64,000 bases of DNA. It comes from a bacterium (lineage in GTDB: Bacteria > UBA8248). Shown piece after piece: positions 39,773-50,663 of the stretch; the stretch's first letter is position 1, and every line of letters begins with the position of its first letter. Both the position numbers and the translations under genes were made by a program. The notes under the pieces were generated by a model. That model saw only the letters and a program-made list of their open reading frames with translations, made no database searches and had not been told where the DNA came from. Location: the NCBI GenBank assembly GCA_965261085.1, contig OZ253442.1, positions 3,200,001-3,264,000 on the forward strand. The letters run 5' to 3'.

Positions 39773-40165
39773 TTACCACTCCAAAACGATCCGCCCGACG
39801 GGGTCCCCCTGCCGGAGTTTGTCCAAGGCCCCGTTCGCCTCTTCCATCGCGTAGCGGTCAGAGATGATGGGTTTGACGCGCCCGTCGCTCACAAGCGACG
39901 CCACATCCTCGACGTCCTTCACCGTATGGTTATGGGACGCGATGATCTGGATCCACTTGGAGACGAGCGTGAAGGGTTCCAGCGGAAAGGTCTGCCCGGG
40001 CTGGTATCCCAATATGATGAGGCGGCCCCCGGGCCGGAGGAGTTCCAGGCATTGCTGAAGAACGATGGGCACGGCCCCCCCCCCGACGATTTCGAGCGCC
40101 ACGTCGGCCCCCACGCCGTCCGTCATGTCGAGAATGGCCTGGACGGGATCCACTTCGGCGATAAT
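39773..40165 (-). pseudogene. zinc-binding alcohol dehydrogenase, C-terminal fragment
   Basis: TDGVGADVALEIVG, LRPGGRLIILG, GRVKPII, GRIVL; N-terminal catalytic domain missing. Confidence 0.75.
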
Positions 40166-40229
40166 GTCATGAACCCGAAACAAGTCTCCCGCCTTCGTCC
40201 AGGGCGTCGGCCGCGATGCTCTCCGCGAC

Positions 40230-40690
40230 CCGTTCCGCCGCCTCGCGCACCGCCTGGTGAAGATAGGTGTCGGCGTTGCGGATGTGATGTGCCTCGTCGA
40301 GAATCACGAGATCGAACCTGGGCGGCGGATCGAGGCCTAGCAGCCCTTCGCTGGCCCGCGACCCTTTTCCCTCCTTGCCGAAGAGCAGGTCCGAATCGAA
40401 CAGGGAGAACGGGATGATGGCCCTGGCATAGCGGTCGGGCCATTCGCCTTCCAGGTCCGTTTCCCGCAGACAGTGACGCAGCGTTCGACCGTCGAGCGCC
40501 TCGAAGTGCTCGTCGAAACGCTTCATCTCCACGAACCACTTGCGCTCGGTCACCAGCGCCTTGGGACAGATGACCAGCACCGAGGAAATGTCCGTCCGGG
40601 CCCGCAGCTCCTTGATGATCAGTCCGGCCTCGATCGTCTTGCCCACGCCCACCTCGTCGGCAATCAGCAGGCGGGGCCGGACGCGAGGAG
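40230..40690 (-). pseudogene. SNF2/RapA-like helicase fragment
   Basis: PRLLIADEVGVGKTIEAG (Walker A) and LVILDEAHHIRN (DEAH); no start, no C-terminal domain. Confidence 0.8.
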
Positions 40691-40914
40691 GAAATCGAGC
40701 AAATCAGCCGAAATATCTCCGAAGTCGCTCCGGAATTGCCGAACAAATCGGCGAAGGACTCGCAGGATCGGGCGGGTTCGGGAAGCGGTGATGCATGAGT
40801 TGACCCTCCCCAATCCGGGTGGTTCAGCCAGATGAAGCCAAGGATGTTGGCGAGGAGGATCTCAGACGAGAAGGATTGTCAAGATCTTAAACTAAGAAAT
40901 TCTGTTGGTGTGAA

Positions 40915-41165
40915 AGAGCTACGCTCAGATCTGGTGTATGGGCTGAATTGAAGGTGGCGGCGCATTTCTGCTGAAATGTGGTTTTGAGGACCTTTATTTC
41001 AGCGAGAGAGGAGATGCGCCACCATGCACAACGATACGACGGTTACTTTTTCGAATCCAGCCTTTCGGGACATCCTCGGCGAAGTGGTGCGCAATGGCGC
41101 CCAGCGGATCATTCGACGGGCCTTGGAAGTGGAGTTGCAGGTCTTTGTGGAGGAGCATGATGCCT
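40915..41165 (+). mobile_element. IS256-like transposase 5' remnant
   Basis: DILGEVVRNGAQRIIRRALEVELQVFVEEH after a GAGGAG RBS; truncated. Confidence 0.6.
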
Positions 41166-41338
41166 CCGTTCCGCATCCGGGGTGTAGCCCCTCGCGGATC
41201 CTCTCCTGCCTAGTTGAATTTCCGTGAAGCGCCTCCAGTGGGTACCGCTTCACGGATGGGGTGTCAAAAACTCGGGCCCACTTCGGCCCGGGAGAGGACC
41301 CCCTGCAGAGCTCAGTCTTTAGCCGAGCGGGCTGGCCG

Positions 41339-42874
41339 CTACTTCTTCACGACGATCTCCCAGGGGTGGAGTTGCTCGTCGTGACGGGCGGTGAACTCGA
41401 TCCGCTTGTTGACGCCGAAGATGTCGTGGAGCCGGTAAAGGGGCTTGTGGGTAGCCAGCTCCTTCATCATGTCGGAAACCTTCTCGAAGGCAGCTTGCTG
41501 CTTCTTCAGGTCCTCGGTCGCGAGCGCCTTGTCGATTGCCTCGTCGAGCTCCTTGAAGCAGGCGCCGCTCCAGGCCCCCCGGCAACTGGTGGTGCCGCGG
41601 AGGATGGTGCTGTTCTCGCCGCTCGAGTTCCCGAAGGAGAGGAAGTACATGGCGGGCGTCTTGTTCTTCCCCTTGACGTATGTGTTGAAGCTCCTGCGGT
41701 AGAGAGCGAAAGGCTGCGCGAGGCATCGGGTATTGATCTTGACCTTCGAGAGCATCGAGGCCGCGGCTTCGCAACTCTCCTTGTCGAAGGGAGAGTTTCC
41801 GTGCGGGCTGATGAGGTCAGCTTGAAAGCCCTTCTCGTATCCTGCTTCCTTCATGAGCTGCCGGGCCTTCGCGAGATTGAAGCCGTACCACCGCTTCTTC
41901 GGGTTGTAGCCAAACTGGGTCCAGGGATGGAAAATTTGGTGGGCCGGCTCGGCGTAGCCCTCAAGGAAGGTCTTGTACATCGACTCGGCGTTCAGGGCAT
42001 AGTTCGCGGCCTTGCGCACCCGAACGTCCGCGAAGGCCCCCCCGTGCGTGGTGAAGAAGCCGATGTAGGCGATTCGCACGGAGGACTTGGAGGATACGTA
42101 CAGCTTGGGGTCCTTCTCGATTTCTGGGATGAAGTGGGGGAGCACCTTATGGGAAATGTCTATCTCGCCCGCCTGAAGAGCCTTCACGCGCGTGGTGGCC
42201 TCCACGATGGGGCGCAAGATGACCCGCTGCGGCCGGTTGGGGAACCTGTCGTGCGCCCACCAGGTGTCGTTTGCCTCAAACTCGAATCGCTGGCCTTTGG
42301 TCCAGCGTTTTAGGATGTAGGGGCCACCGGCGATGAGATCGCGGGAGATCTCGGGCAGGCTCCTGCCCTTGTTCTTCAGGGAGATGGCGTGGCCCCAGGT
42401 CGTGAGGCGCGGGATGAGGCCGTTGTCGGGCACCTTCATGCGGAAGACGAACTCGCGCTCGTTGAGAATGTCGATCCCGCCGAAGTCCTTCCAGTAGGAC
42501 CGTTGATAGCTCCTGTTGGCGGGGTCCACGATCCGCTCGATGGAGTATTTGATGGCTGCGGAGTCGATCGGCGTGCCGTCCCGGAACTTCATGCCCTTTC
42601 GGAGGGTGAATTTTACCCGCTTCGAATCCAGCCGTTCATACTTCTCGGCCAGCCAGGGGATGATTTTCCCCGTTTTAGTGTCGGAGATGACGAGCTTGTC
42701 CGCGTGCCAAGGCCAAACCATGGCCCCGATGAAGCTGGAGTAGACGTGGGGGTCCATGGTCTCCGGCTCGCCGTTAATAGCGATGGTGATGGTACCCCGA
42801 GCAGCCTGGGCCGGAGTGAGGGAGATGAGCACGGCGGCCACTAGTGAAGCGATTGCGAGCAAGGATTTGCGCAT
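41339..42874 (-). CDS. ABC peptide/nickel substrate-binding protein (family 5)
   Basis: EPETMDPH, PWLAE, FTLRKGMKFRDG, VRVRKAANYALN; signal peptide. Confidence 0.93.
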   Translation of the reverse strand: MRKSLLAIASLVAAVLISLTPAQAARGTITIAINGEPETMDPHVYSSFIGAMVWPWHADKLVISDTKTGKIIPWLAEKYERLDSKRVKFTLRKGMKFRDGTPIDSAAIKYSIERIVDPANRSYQRSYWKDFGGIDILNEREFVFRMKVPDNGLIPRLTTWGHAISLKNKGRSLPEISRDLIAGGPYILKRWTKGQRFEFEANDTWWAHDRFPNRPQRVILRPIVEATTRVKALQAGEIDISHKVLPHFIPEIEKDPKLYVSSKSSVRIAYIGFFTTHGGAFADVRVRKAANYALNAESMYKTFLEGYAEPAHQIFHPWTQFGYNPKKRWYGFNLAKARQLMKEAGYEKGFQADLISPHGNSPFDKESCEAAASMLSKVKINTRCLAQPFALYRRSFNTYVKGKNKTPAMYFLSFGNSSGENSTILRGTTSCRGAWSGACFKELDEAIDKALATEDLKKQQAAFEKVSDMMKELATHKPLYRLHDIFGVNKRIEFTARHDEQLHPWEIVVKK

Positions 42875-43108
42875 GGCTTTGTCCCTTTCTTTTTTCTTCT
42901 CCGCGGACTCACCCTCCCAATGGAGGGCTCTTCCGACGGTGTGAAGGCAACTCCTGAGATGAGAACCGCTGGCAGAATGTCCTTTTCATCTAGGGGAATT
43001 GCATGCGAACTTTCGTGGTGGCAACCCTCTCCTCGGCCTTTGAACGGAAGTTCCCCCCCGCCAGGGGCTCGGGCCTAGCCCATATCCTCCCGGGAAGGCA
43101 CGCTACCT

Positions 43109-43517
43109 AGTAGCGTTGCATAGAATGGGTTCCATAAGGAAATATATTATATAGGATCCCTTGCGTCAACCCTCTTTTGCTGATGTGCAAAAGAGGGTTG
43201 ACGCATTATGCGATAAAATGAAACAATCAATGTCTCTTCAAGTAGAGGAGGGGAAATGGCTACAGGATCGGAGGGACAGAAAAGACCTGGCGACGCGGTA
43301 GATTGCGCCGTTAAGGTAGCGAGGAACGCAACAGGTGAAATCACCGAGTCTCAACCCCCAGCCAGATAATCGCCCGCAAGGACGGCAAGGCGCGGTCAGA
43401 CAAATTCTCACCAGAAAGACGAAAAGAAATTGCGCAAATCGGAGCGAAGGTGCGCTGGAAGAAACGCAACGCGGCAGTTTGAAATTCCCTCATAAAATTT
43501 CAAGCTGAGACACTACC
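43109..43517 (+). mobile_element. non-autonomous IS1-family-like remnant with a decayed passenger gene
   Basis: Right end TTTCAAGCTGAGACACTACC, left end AGTAGCGTTGCA; perfect 19-bp inverted repeat 43162-43205; broken small ORF MATGSEGQKRPGDAVDCAVKVARNATGE...KLSPERRKEIAQ. Confidence 0.6.
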
Positions 43518-43690
43518 CAGCGATAAGCTCAGAAAACCAGGGATGTGGCGCCTTCGCGCGGCTCCGGAGGCGGCGCGTTGACGGGAGGGCTTGGATGGGG
43601 GAGAATTTGGGAAATTTCTCGAAATTGCGGAAGTTTTTAGCACTTCCACGAGTCCACGACAAGCGAACCGCGATCCACAGAGGCGAGTAG

Positions 43691-44632
43691 ATGCGCGTCT
43701 ATATCATGCGGCGATGCCTGCAGGCCATCATCGTCATGCAGATCGTCCTCTTCATCGTCTTCCTCATGCTGTATCTGACTGGGGACCCGGCGGCGTTGCT
43801 GATGCCGATCGACGCCGCGCAGGAGGACCTCGACCAGTTCCGCAAGATGATGGGCTTTGATCAGCCCTTCCACGTTCAGTACTACCGCTTCCTCTTCGGG
43901 CACGGCCGGACCCACGGGGTGCTGCGGGGCGACTTCGGCTTTTCCTTCCGCCACGAACTGCCCGCGATGGCCCTCGTGCTGCAGCATTTCCCGGCGACGC
44001 TCCAGCTTGCCTTCGCCTCGCTCTTCATCGCGCTGATCATCGGAATTCCGACCGGGTTGCTCTCAGCCACGTTCCGCGGGACATGGATCGATCACGTGAG
44101 CACCGTGGGTGGGACGATCGGCCAGTCGATGCCGGACTTCTGGCTGGGCCTGATGTTGATTATACTCTTCGCGGCGCGCCTCCGGTGGCTACCCACCTCG
44201 GGCTACGAGGGGCCCGAGTACATCGTTCTTCCAGCAATCACTGCGGGCACCTACGCCACGGCGCGGTTCATGCGCCTGATGCGCTCGGGTATGCTCGAGG
44301 TCCTGCGGATGGACTACATCCGCACAGCTCGGTCCAAGGGGGTGGATGAGACCCGCGTGGTCTTATACCACTCTCTCAAGAACGCCTCCATCCCGGCGGT
44401 GACGCTGGTGGGCCTCGAATTGGGGATCCTGCTCGGCGGAACCGTCGTCATCGAGACGGTCTTCGCCTGGCCCGGGGTGGGTTTCCTGGTGGTGGACGCA
44501 ATCAACCACCTGGACTACCCGGTGGTGCAGGCCGCGGTGACGCTCCTGGCTTTCCTGTTCGTTCTCGTGAACCTTGTGGTGGACATTCTCTACGCTTGGC
44601 TCGATCCCCGCATCTCCTACGCCAACGCCTAG
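43691..44632 (+). CDS. DppB/OppB-like ABC permease
   Basis: TGDPA, GDFGFS, SMPDFWLG, DYIRTARSKG, ETVFAWPGVG, DPRI. Confidence 0.94.
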   Translation: MRVYIMRRCLQAIIVMQIVLFIVFLMLYLTGDPAALLMPIDAAQEDLDQFRKMMGFDQPFHVQYYRFLFGHGRTHGVLRGDFGFSFRHELPAMALVLQHFPATLQLAFASLFIALIIGIPTGLLSATFRGTWIDHVSTVGGTIGQSMPDFWLGLMLIILFAARLRWLPTSGYEGPEYIVLPAITAGTYATARFMRLMRSGMLEVLRMDYIRTARSKGVDETRVVLYHSLKNASIPAVTLVGLELGILLGGTVVIETVFAWPGVGFLVVDAINHLDYPVVQAAVTLLAFLFVLVNLVVDILYAWLDPRISYANA

Positions 44633-44668
44633 CGGGGAGCGCCGGCGAAGAGGACCGGGAGGGAAGAC

Positions 44669-45601
44669 ATGGCACTGGATAAGGAGGCCGCGATGGCCAA
44701 CCCGGAGGGGGCGTCGGATATTGATGAGAGGGGGCCGTCGGATTTTCGCTTGGCCATGCGCGAGCTTGGCCGCAGGCCCCCCGCCATCTTCGGTCTCATC
44801 TGCGTGGTCATTGTGATATTCTGGGCGCTCGTTCCGCAGCTCTCCTCCCCGCTGGACCCCGTGGACCAGAACCTGGCGCGCTATTTGAAGCCGCCCGGCT
44901 TCACGGACGCCGCGGGAAACGTCTATTGGTTCGGCACCGACCAGCAGGGGCGCGACATCCTCAGCCGCGTCATCTGGGGCTCGCGCATCTCCCTCTTCGT
45001 GGGGTTGACCACCGTGGTTCTGAGCGGGGCAATCGGGATCACGCTGGGGCTCATCGCGGGCTACTTCGGGGGGTTCATAGACACCGTGATCAACCGCTTC
45101 GTTGACACCGCCCTGGCCATCCCCTTCATCCTGCTGGCCATGACCATCGTCGCGATCCTGGGGCCGAGCCTCCAGAACGTCATCCTCGCCATCGCGCTCA
45201 GAACCTGGGTCGTCTACGCGCGGGTGGTCCGGGGGGAGGTGCTCTCCCTCAAAGAGAACGATTACGTGATGGCGGCCAAGGCGGTCGCCTGCCCGACGTG
45301 GCGGATACTCGCACTGTACCTGCTGCCGAACGTTATGTCCTCCTCCATCGTGATCGCCACCCTCTACCTCGGCCGGATGATCATCATCGAATCAGCCCTG
45401 TCCTTCCTGGGGCTCGGCGTTCCGCCGCCGACGCCGACCTGGGGCGGCATGCTCTCCGACGGGCGGGTGTTCCTGGAGAGGGCCTGGTGGGTCGCCTTCT
45501 TCCCCGGCTTCACCCTCATGCTGACCGTTCTGGGCGTGAATCTCCTGGGGGATTGGTTGCGCGATGTGCTCGACCCGCGACTCAAGCGGCTGGTGGACTA
45601 G
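44669..45601 (+). CDS. DppC/OppC-like ABC permease
   Basis: FGTDQQGRDILSR, ARVVRGE, LSFLGLG, NLLGDWLRD. Confidence 0.94.
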   Translation: MALDKEAAMANPEGASDIDERGPSDFRLAMRELGRRPPAIFGLICVVIVIFWALVPQLSSPLDPVDQNLARYLKPPGFTDAAGNVYWFGTDQQGRDILSRVIWGSRISLFVGLTTVVLSGAIGITLGLIAGYFGGFIDTVINRFVDTALAIPFILLAMTIVAILGPSLQNVILAIALRTWVVYARVVRGEVLSLKENDYVMAAKAVACPTWRILALYLLPNVMSSSIVIATLYLGRMIIIESALSFLGLGVPPPTPTWGGMLSDGRVFLERAWWVAFFPGFTLMLTVLGVNLLGDWLRDVLDPRLKRLVD

Positions 45602-45974
45602 ACTTCGCGGAGAAAATGGAAGCAAGTCCTCAATCGGTAAAATCAACCTGCCTGTTGCGAACCGGACTTAGGAGGACGGTGCGACAGGGACACGTAGGTC
45701 TTTGCGGGCGTTTGAATTTCCTTGTTTCCATTTTGATTACAGACTGCGGAAGGCGGACTCCGAACGGGATTGAGGAGAGTGAATATTTCCCAATGACACC
45801 AATATGATAAATGGATCTCACGGCCGATAAAAACCCGCCTCCGTCTCTAAGCGGGCGAAAGGAGGTCTGGGCATTCTTGGGAAATAGATATCGATAGGAG
45901 CAAGTCATGCACTAATTGCTGTATACGTTGTCCTACTAGCGGGCTGGTTCATCGCCAAAATGTCCGATAAGAAT

Positions 45975-46172
45975 TTAGATACCATCAACCTCAGGCTCCA
46001 CCGGTGGTTCGTAAAACTGGAAATCCGTCGCATCGAGGTCATCCACATTGACATTTTCGAGTCGGATTGCGCCTCCGTCCTGATCGGTGAGGTTGATGAC
46101 GGCTGTGGTCCCATCTGCCGTGATCGTCAAATCCTCGAAGCTGGTGATGTTCGTGATCGCGGTGAGATCGAG
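45975..46172 (-). pseudogene. C-terminal remnant of an RTX/Ca-binding secreted protein
   Basis: Not in the ORF track: LDLTAITNITSFEDLTITADGTTAVINLTDQDGGAIRLENVNVDDLDATDFQFYEPPVEPEVDGI-stop. Confidence 0.7.
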
Positions 46173-46230
46173 GCGGAAGCCCTCATCGATTCGGAACGGT
46201 TGCGGATTTCCCGAGAGCCGCCGGGAGCGC

Positions 46231-46623
46231 TCAGGCGGGCAGCGCGGCTATGCACTCGACCTCGGCGAGCCAGTCGGGGTCGATGAGGCGGGCCACCTGG
46301 ACATGGGAGTTGGCCGGGAGATGCTCCCCGAACATCTCCTGGCGGACTTCGTTCATCACCTTGCGATTGTCCAGATCCGCGCTGAAGACCGTGGTCTTGA
46401 CGACGTTTTCGAGCCCTGCGCCGGCTTCTTCGAGAATGGTCCGGATATTCGTGAGAATCTGGCGCATCTGCGCGGCCGGATCCCCTTTGCCCACCAGGTT
46501 TCCCTCGCCGTCCACGGAGACGCAGCCGCTCACGAAGACTAGTGAGCCGCCGGTCACCTGGATGGCCTGATTGTAGACGCCGAGATTCCTGATCTCGGGT
46601 GAATTGATGATCTTGACGGTCAT
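46231..46623 (-). CDS. RidA-family protein
   Basis: YNQAI, VFVSG, AGLENVVKTT, PANSHVQVARL, EVECIA. Confidence 0.9.
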   Translation of the reverse strand: MTVKIINSPEIRNLGVYNQAIQVTGGSLVFVSGCVSVDGEGNLVGKGDPAAQMRQILTNIRTILEEAGAGLENVVKTTVFSADLDNRKVMNEVRQEMFGEHLPANSHVQVARLIDPDWLAEVECIAALPA

Positions 46624-46833
46624 GTGCTTTTCCCTTTCCCAAATAAAGGAACGCGATTTTGTGAAGCAACCCGCCAATCGTTCCATGCGCCGCCGTCCAG
46701 TATTCGAAACAACAAGACTATAGAAGAAGCGTATCCTATGACGATAGCCACGAGCCAGGCGGTTACGTGCTCCTATGTTGTCGAGGGCCCGGACGTTCCG
46801 GCTCTCTTACCGCGCCGGAAAGTCCGGATGACG

Positions 46834-47598
46834 TTATATCATCGCCGCCCCACCGTTCACGTCGAGGGTGACGCCTGTGATGTAGCCGGCCTCCCGGCTG
46901 CACAGGAATATGACAGCCGCCGCGACCTCTTCGGGTTGGCACAAGCGGCCGATGGGCGTCACTTCTTCGATATGCCGAATGCGTTCGGGTTTGCGTATGG
47001 CCATGGTGCTCGGGGTGGCCACGTTGGCGGGCGCGATCGCGTTTACGGTGATGCCGTGGGGACCTAGTTCGCCCGCCACTTGACGCGCAAGGCCGAGAAC
47101 GCCGGCTTTCGCCGCGGTGTAGTGTGGCGGGTTCGGGTTGACCGCGCTGCGGGCGGCCAAGCTGGAAAAGCAGACGATGCGGCCGTAGCGCGCCTCGATC
47201 ATGTAAGGCGCGACCGCCTTCAGCAGAATGAACATCGATTTCAGGTTGCTCGCCACCATCGGATCCCACGTCTCCAGTGGACAGTCGAGAAGGCCGACGA
47301 ATTCCGGGAATCCGCCGGCCACGTGCGCGAGCACGTCGATACGCCCATGCCGGTTGTAGGCCGCCTCAACGGCGGAGCGGGTGGTATTCCAATCGGTGAG
47401 ATCCACCTGGAAAGCCTGCGCGTCTCCTCCTCCCTCTCGAATGTCGGCGGCGACGTTCTCCGCTCCCTCGCCGTTGATGTCGAGGATGGCGACGGAAGCG
47501 CCCCGCTCGGCGAATAAGCGCGCGCTCGCCTCCCCCATCCCTGTCGCTCCGCCGGTCACGATGACGTCCTGCCCTTCAAAGCTCAGGAATGAATCCAT
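46834..47598 (-). CDS. SDR-family oxidoreductase
   Basis: TGGATGMG, YTAAK, YITGVTLDVNGG. Confidence 0.92.
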   Translation of the reverse strand: MDSFLSFEGQDVIVTGGATGMGEASARLFAERGASVAILDINGEGAENVAADIREGGGDAQAFQVDLTDWNTTRSAVEAAYNRHGRIDVLAHVAGGFPEFVGLLDCPLETWDPMVASNLKSMFILLKAVAPYMIEARYGRIVCFSSLAARSAVNPNPPHYTAAKAGVLGLARQVAGELGPHGITVNAIAPANVATPSTMAIRKPERIRHIEEVTPIGRLCQPEEVAAAVIFLCSREAGYITGVTLDVNGGAAMI

Positions 47599-47929
47599 GC
47601 TATCCCCCCCTCGGTGAAACGCCTTCCTAAATGGAATCGAATGCCGTCGGGCCAAGCCTTCATTATTGCTCCGGCTCTCCGGCTGAAGAAAGGTTTACCC
47701 AGCGATGTATCGCACGCGCCGCCCGAGTGAAGCCGCAGACCGCAATTGCCTGAAAAACAAGGGTATCCCCATTCGCCCCGGAGCCGAGGCGGCACTGCTC
47801 CTCCCATTCTAGCGGATTTCTCCAATCGATGGATATGATATACTAGGGTCCACACGAAATTTATTATGCTCATCCGAATTGCTGAAGCCGTCTTATCACA
47901 CGGGGCGCGAAGCTTGAGGGGAGGAGAGC

Positions 47930-48685
47930 ATGCGGGGGAAACAATGGTCGGGGATGCTCTCCGCCTTGGGATTTTCGCTCTTCATCTGCGCCTGGTGGAT
48001 AGTGGCGGAGTTCTCCCATCCCCTCTTTGTTCCCTCACCCTGGCTCACCGTCATGACGGCCATCGAGCTGGCGCGCACGGGCTTTCTCCAAGAATCCATC
48101 CTGATGAGCCTGGGCCGGATCATGGGCGGCTGGCTTCTGGGGTGCGCGTTGGGAATTCCCTTGGGCCTGCTCATGGGCTGGCTGCCCGGCGTTCGCGCCT
48201 TCGCCACCCCCTACATCCAGGGATTGCGCTACATTCCGCCCATCTCGTTCGTGGGCATCTTCATCGTCTGGTTCGGGCTGGGTGAAGCCTCGAAAATCAT
48301 GCTCGTTTTCTACACCTCGTTTTTCGTGAGCGTGATCAACACCATGGCCGGAACTTTGAGCGCACCCCCGGGGGTCCTGCGCGCCGCCCGAAGCCTGGGA
48401 GCGACGGAAACCCAAGTCCTGCTCCAGGTGGTCGTGCCCGAAACGGCGCCCTACATCGTGACGGGCATGCGGATGGCCATGGGAAACGCGTTCATCGTAA
48501 TCGCGGCGGCGGAGATGCTTGCCGCTCGTTCCGGAATGGGATACCTTATTTGGTCTGCAAGAAATTTTATGCTGACCGATCAGGTTTTTGTCGGTTTCCT
48601 AGGTCTGGGCCTCTTGGGGCTGGCCATTGATCGGGTGTTCCGGTTCCTCGCCTACCGGTTCCTCTCCCACTATCGGGTGGTGTGA
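47930..48685 (+). CDS. sulfonate/nitrate-type ABC permease
   Basis: FVPSP, RYIPP, AARSLGA, AAAEM. Confidence 0.92.
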   Translation: MRGKQWSGMLSALGFSLFICAWWIVAEFSHPLFVPSPWLTVMTAIELARTGFLQESILMSLGRIMGGWLLGCALGIPLGLLMGWLPGVRAFATPYIQGLRYIPPISFVGIFIVWFGLGEASKIMLVFYTSFFVSVINTMAGTLSAPPGVLRAARSLGATETQVLLQVVVPETAPYIVTGMRMAMGNAFIVIAAAEMLAARSGMGYLIWSARNFMLTDQVFVGFLGLGLLGLAIDRVFRFLAYRFLSHYRVV

Positions 48686-48880
48686 ACCGTATCAGCGGCC
48701 GGTCTGGATGAAAGGGCTAAGAATGATTTCATTCCGAAACCCTTCCGCACTTCGCTCACAAGTTAGGTCCGGGTTTTCGATTCCGCTCATCTCCAGCACC
48801 GGCGCAAACGGATGCGCCGGATCTCAATTGCGATGCGTTGCCTCATGGAACTTCACCCTGTGAAAAGAGGAGGATGACCT

Positions 48881-49879
48881 ATGAAGCGTGAAAGAAACTG
48901 GATACGGGGAATTGTCGGAATTGCCGTGTTGGCGTTCTTCCTTGCGGTCGGTCTCGAGCCGGCGGGGGCGGCCGACGATGGGGTGGTTCGCTTTTCGAGC
49001 GAGCCCACTTCGTTGGGGATACCCTACTGGCTGGCCGAGGACAAGGGGATTTTCAAGAAGCACGGACTCAAGACCACCAACACCATGGGCCACACCGCTT
49101 TGGTGGGTCTGCGGGCCATCGGCAGCGGCCAATTAGACATCTCCTTTCAGAGCGATCCGCCCACTATCTCGAACATCGCCAAGGGGATCGACGCCATCAT
49201 CGTGGCCGCGACGGCGCAGGGCAACCAGAGCATGAAGCTGGTGGCCAAAAAGTCGATCAAGAGCCCCCGGGACCTCATCGGAAAGAAAGTGACCTGGATG
49301 GGCGGAACCGGCGGAGAGTTCGGGTTCATCAAGTTCCTCGCAAACAGGGGCATCGACTACAAGAAGCTGGATCACGTCAACCTCCCCCCGCCCGAAGCCG
49401 CCCCCACCCTGGTGAAGGGCGCCGTGGAGGCCATGTGGTTCTGGGAACCCTGGCCGCGCAAGGTGATGCAGTTGAAGGGGGATGCCCTCCATATCCTGGC
49501 GGCAAGCAAGGCCAGCGACTACGAGCCCAACTTCCACTTGACGGTCCGCCGAGGTTTCGCCAAGGAGAAACCCAAAACCCTGAAGCGCTTCCTGCGGGCT
49601 CTGATCGAGGCGACGGATATGGCCAACGCGGATCCCGGAGCGGCGGCGGCCGTGTTCCAGAAGGTCACCCGCTCCAGCGCGGCGGACGCCAAGGCGGCGC
49701 TGAACGACTACAAACTGAAAATCTGGCTCGACAAGAGTTACTTCGATACCCTTCAGGAGGTTTCCGCGTTCAAGAAGAAGCTGGGCCACATCAAGCAGAT
49801 TCCGAACTGGAAGAGCATCATCGATCCGAGCTTCCTCCGGGCGGTGGACGCCTCCAGGGTGACGGACTTCCCGTACTAG
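48881..49879 (+). CDS. sulfonate/nitrate-type ABC substrate-binding protein
   Basis: Signal peptide; KGIFKKHGL, DLIGKKV, WEPW. Confidence 0.9.
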   Translation: MKRERNWIRGIVGIAVLAFFLAVGLEPAGAADDGVVRFSSEPTSLGIPYWLAEDKGIFKKHGLKTTNTMGHTALVGLRAIGSGQLDISFQSDPPTISNIAKGIDAIIVAATAQGNQSMKLVAKKSIKSPRDLIGKKVTWMGGTGGEFGFIKFLANRGIDYKKLDHVNLPPPEAAPTLVKGAVEAMWFWEPWPRKVMQLKGDALHILAASKASDYEPNFHLTVRRGFAKEKPKTLKRFLRALIEATDMANADPGAAAAVFQKVTRSSAADAKAALNDYKLKIWLDKSYFDTLQEVSAFKKKLGHIKQIPNWKSIIDPSFLRAVDASRVTDFPY

Positions 49880-49889
49880 AACGAAGCGG

Positions 49890-50663
49890 GTGAAAGGGGG
49901 AAAGGGAAGTTTGAGGATCGAGGGAACCGTCGCGATTTACACCCTTTCTGTGGCCATTTTCCTGGTGGCCTGGTGGGGTTTTACCTTTGTGTATCCCCCG
50001 ATCTTCCTCCCTTCCCCCTTGGCCACCACGCTGAAAGCCATCGAAATCACGCGCACCGGCGAGTTGCCCTGGAATATCGTGATGAGCTTGTTCCGGGTTC
50101 TCTCGGGATGGGTGCTCGGGGGCGTCGTCGGTTCTTTTCTTGGCATCATCATGGGACGGCTCCCTTGGGTGCGGGCGCTCGTTCTTCCCGTTTTGGAATA
50201 CTTCCGCTTCGTCCCGCCCGTGACCCTGGTCACGTTGTTCATCATCTGGTTCGGCTTCGGAGAAGAATCGAAAATCGTCCTGATCTTCTACACGGTGGTT
50301 TTCATCGTGGTGGTGAACACTATGGCGGGGGCCGCCTCGGTGCGGGAGGGCGCCATCCGGGCCGCCCGAAGCCTCGGCGCCACCGGGACCCAAGTCCTTT
50401 TCCGGATCGTCGTCCCCGAGACGATTCCCTACATGGTCACCGGCTTGCAGTTGGCCCTCAGCAACGCCTTCATGACCATCGTGGCGGCGGAGATGCTTGC
50501 CGCGAAATCGGGGGTCGGCTTCATGATCTGGGACGCCCAGATCTATACCAAGACGGAGCGGATGTTCGTCGCCTTCGTCACACTCAGCTTGATGGGCTTC
50601 AGCTTGGATCGCTCCGTTCACGCCCTCTCCCGCCGCATGTTCGTCCACTACAGGGTGGTGTGA
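49890..50663 (+). CDS. sulfonate/nitrate-type ABC permease
   Basis: FLPSP, RFVPP, AARSLGA, VAAEM. Confidence 0.92.
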   Translation: MKGGKGSLRIEGTVAIYTLSVAIFLVAWWGFTFVYPPIFLPSPLATTLKAIEITRTGELPWNIVMSLFRVLSGWVLGGVVGSFLGIIMGRLPWVRALVLPVLEYFRFVPPVTLVTLFIIWFGFGEESKIVLIFYTVVFIVVVNTMAGAASVREGAIRAARSLGATGTQVLFRIVVPETIPYMVTGLQLALSNAFMTIVAAEMLAAKSGVGFMIWDAQIYTKTERMFVAFVTLSLMGFSLDRSVHALSRRMFVHYRVV

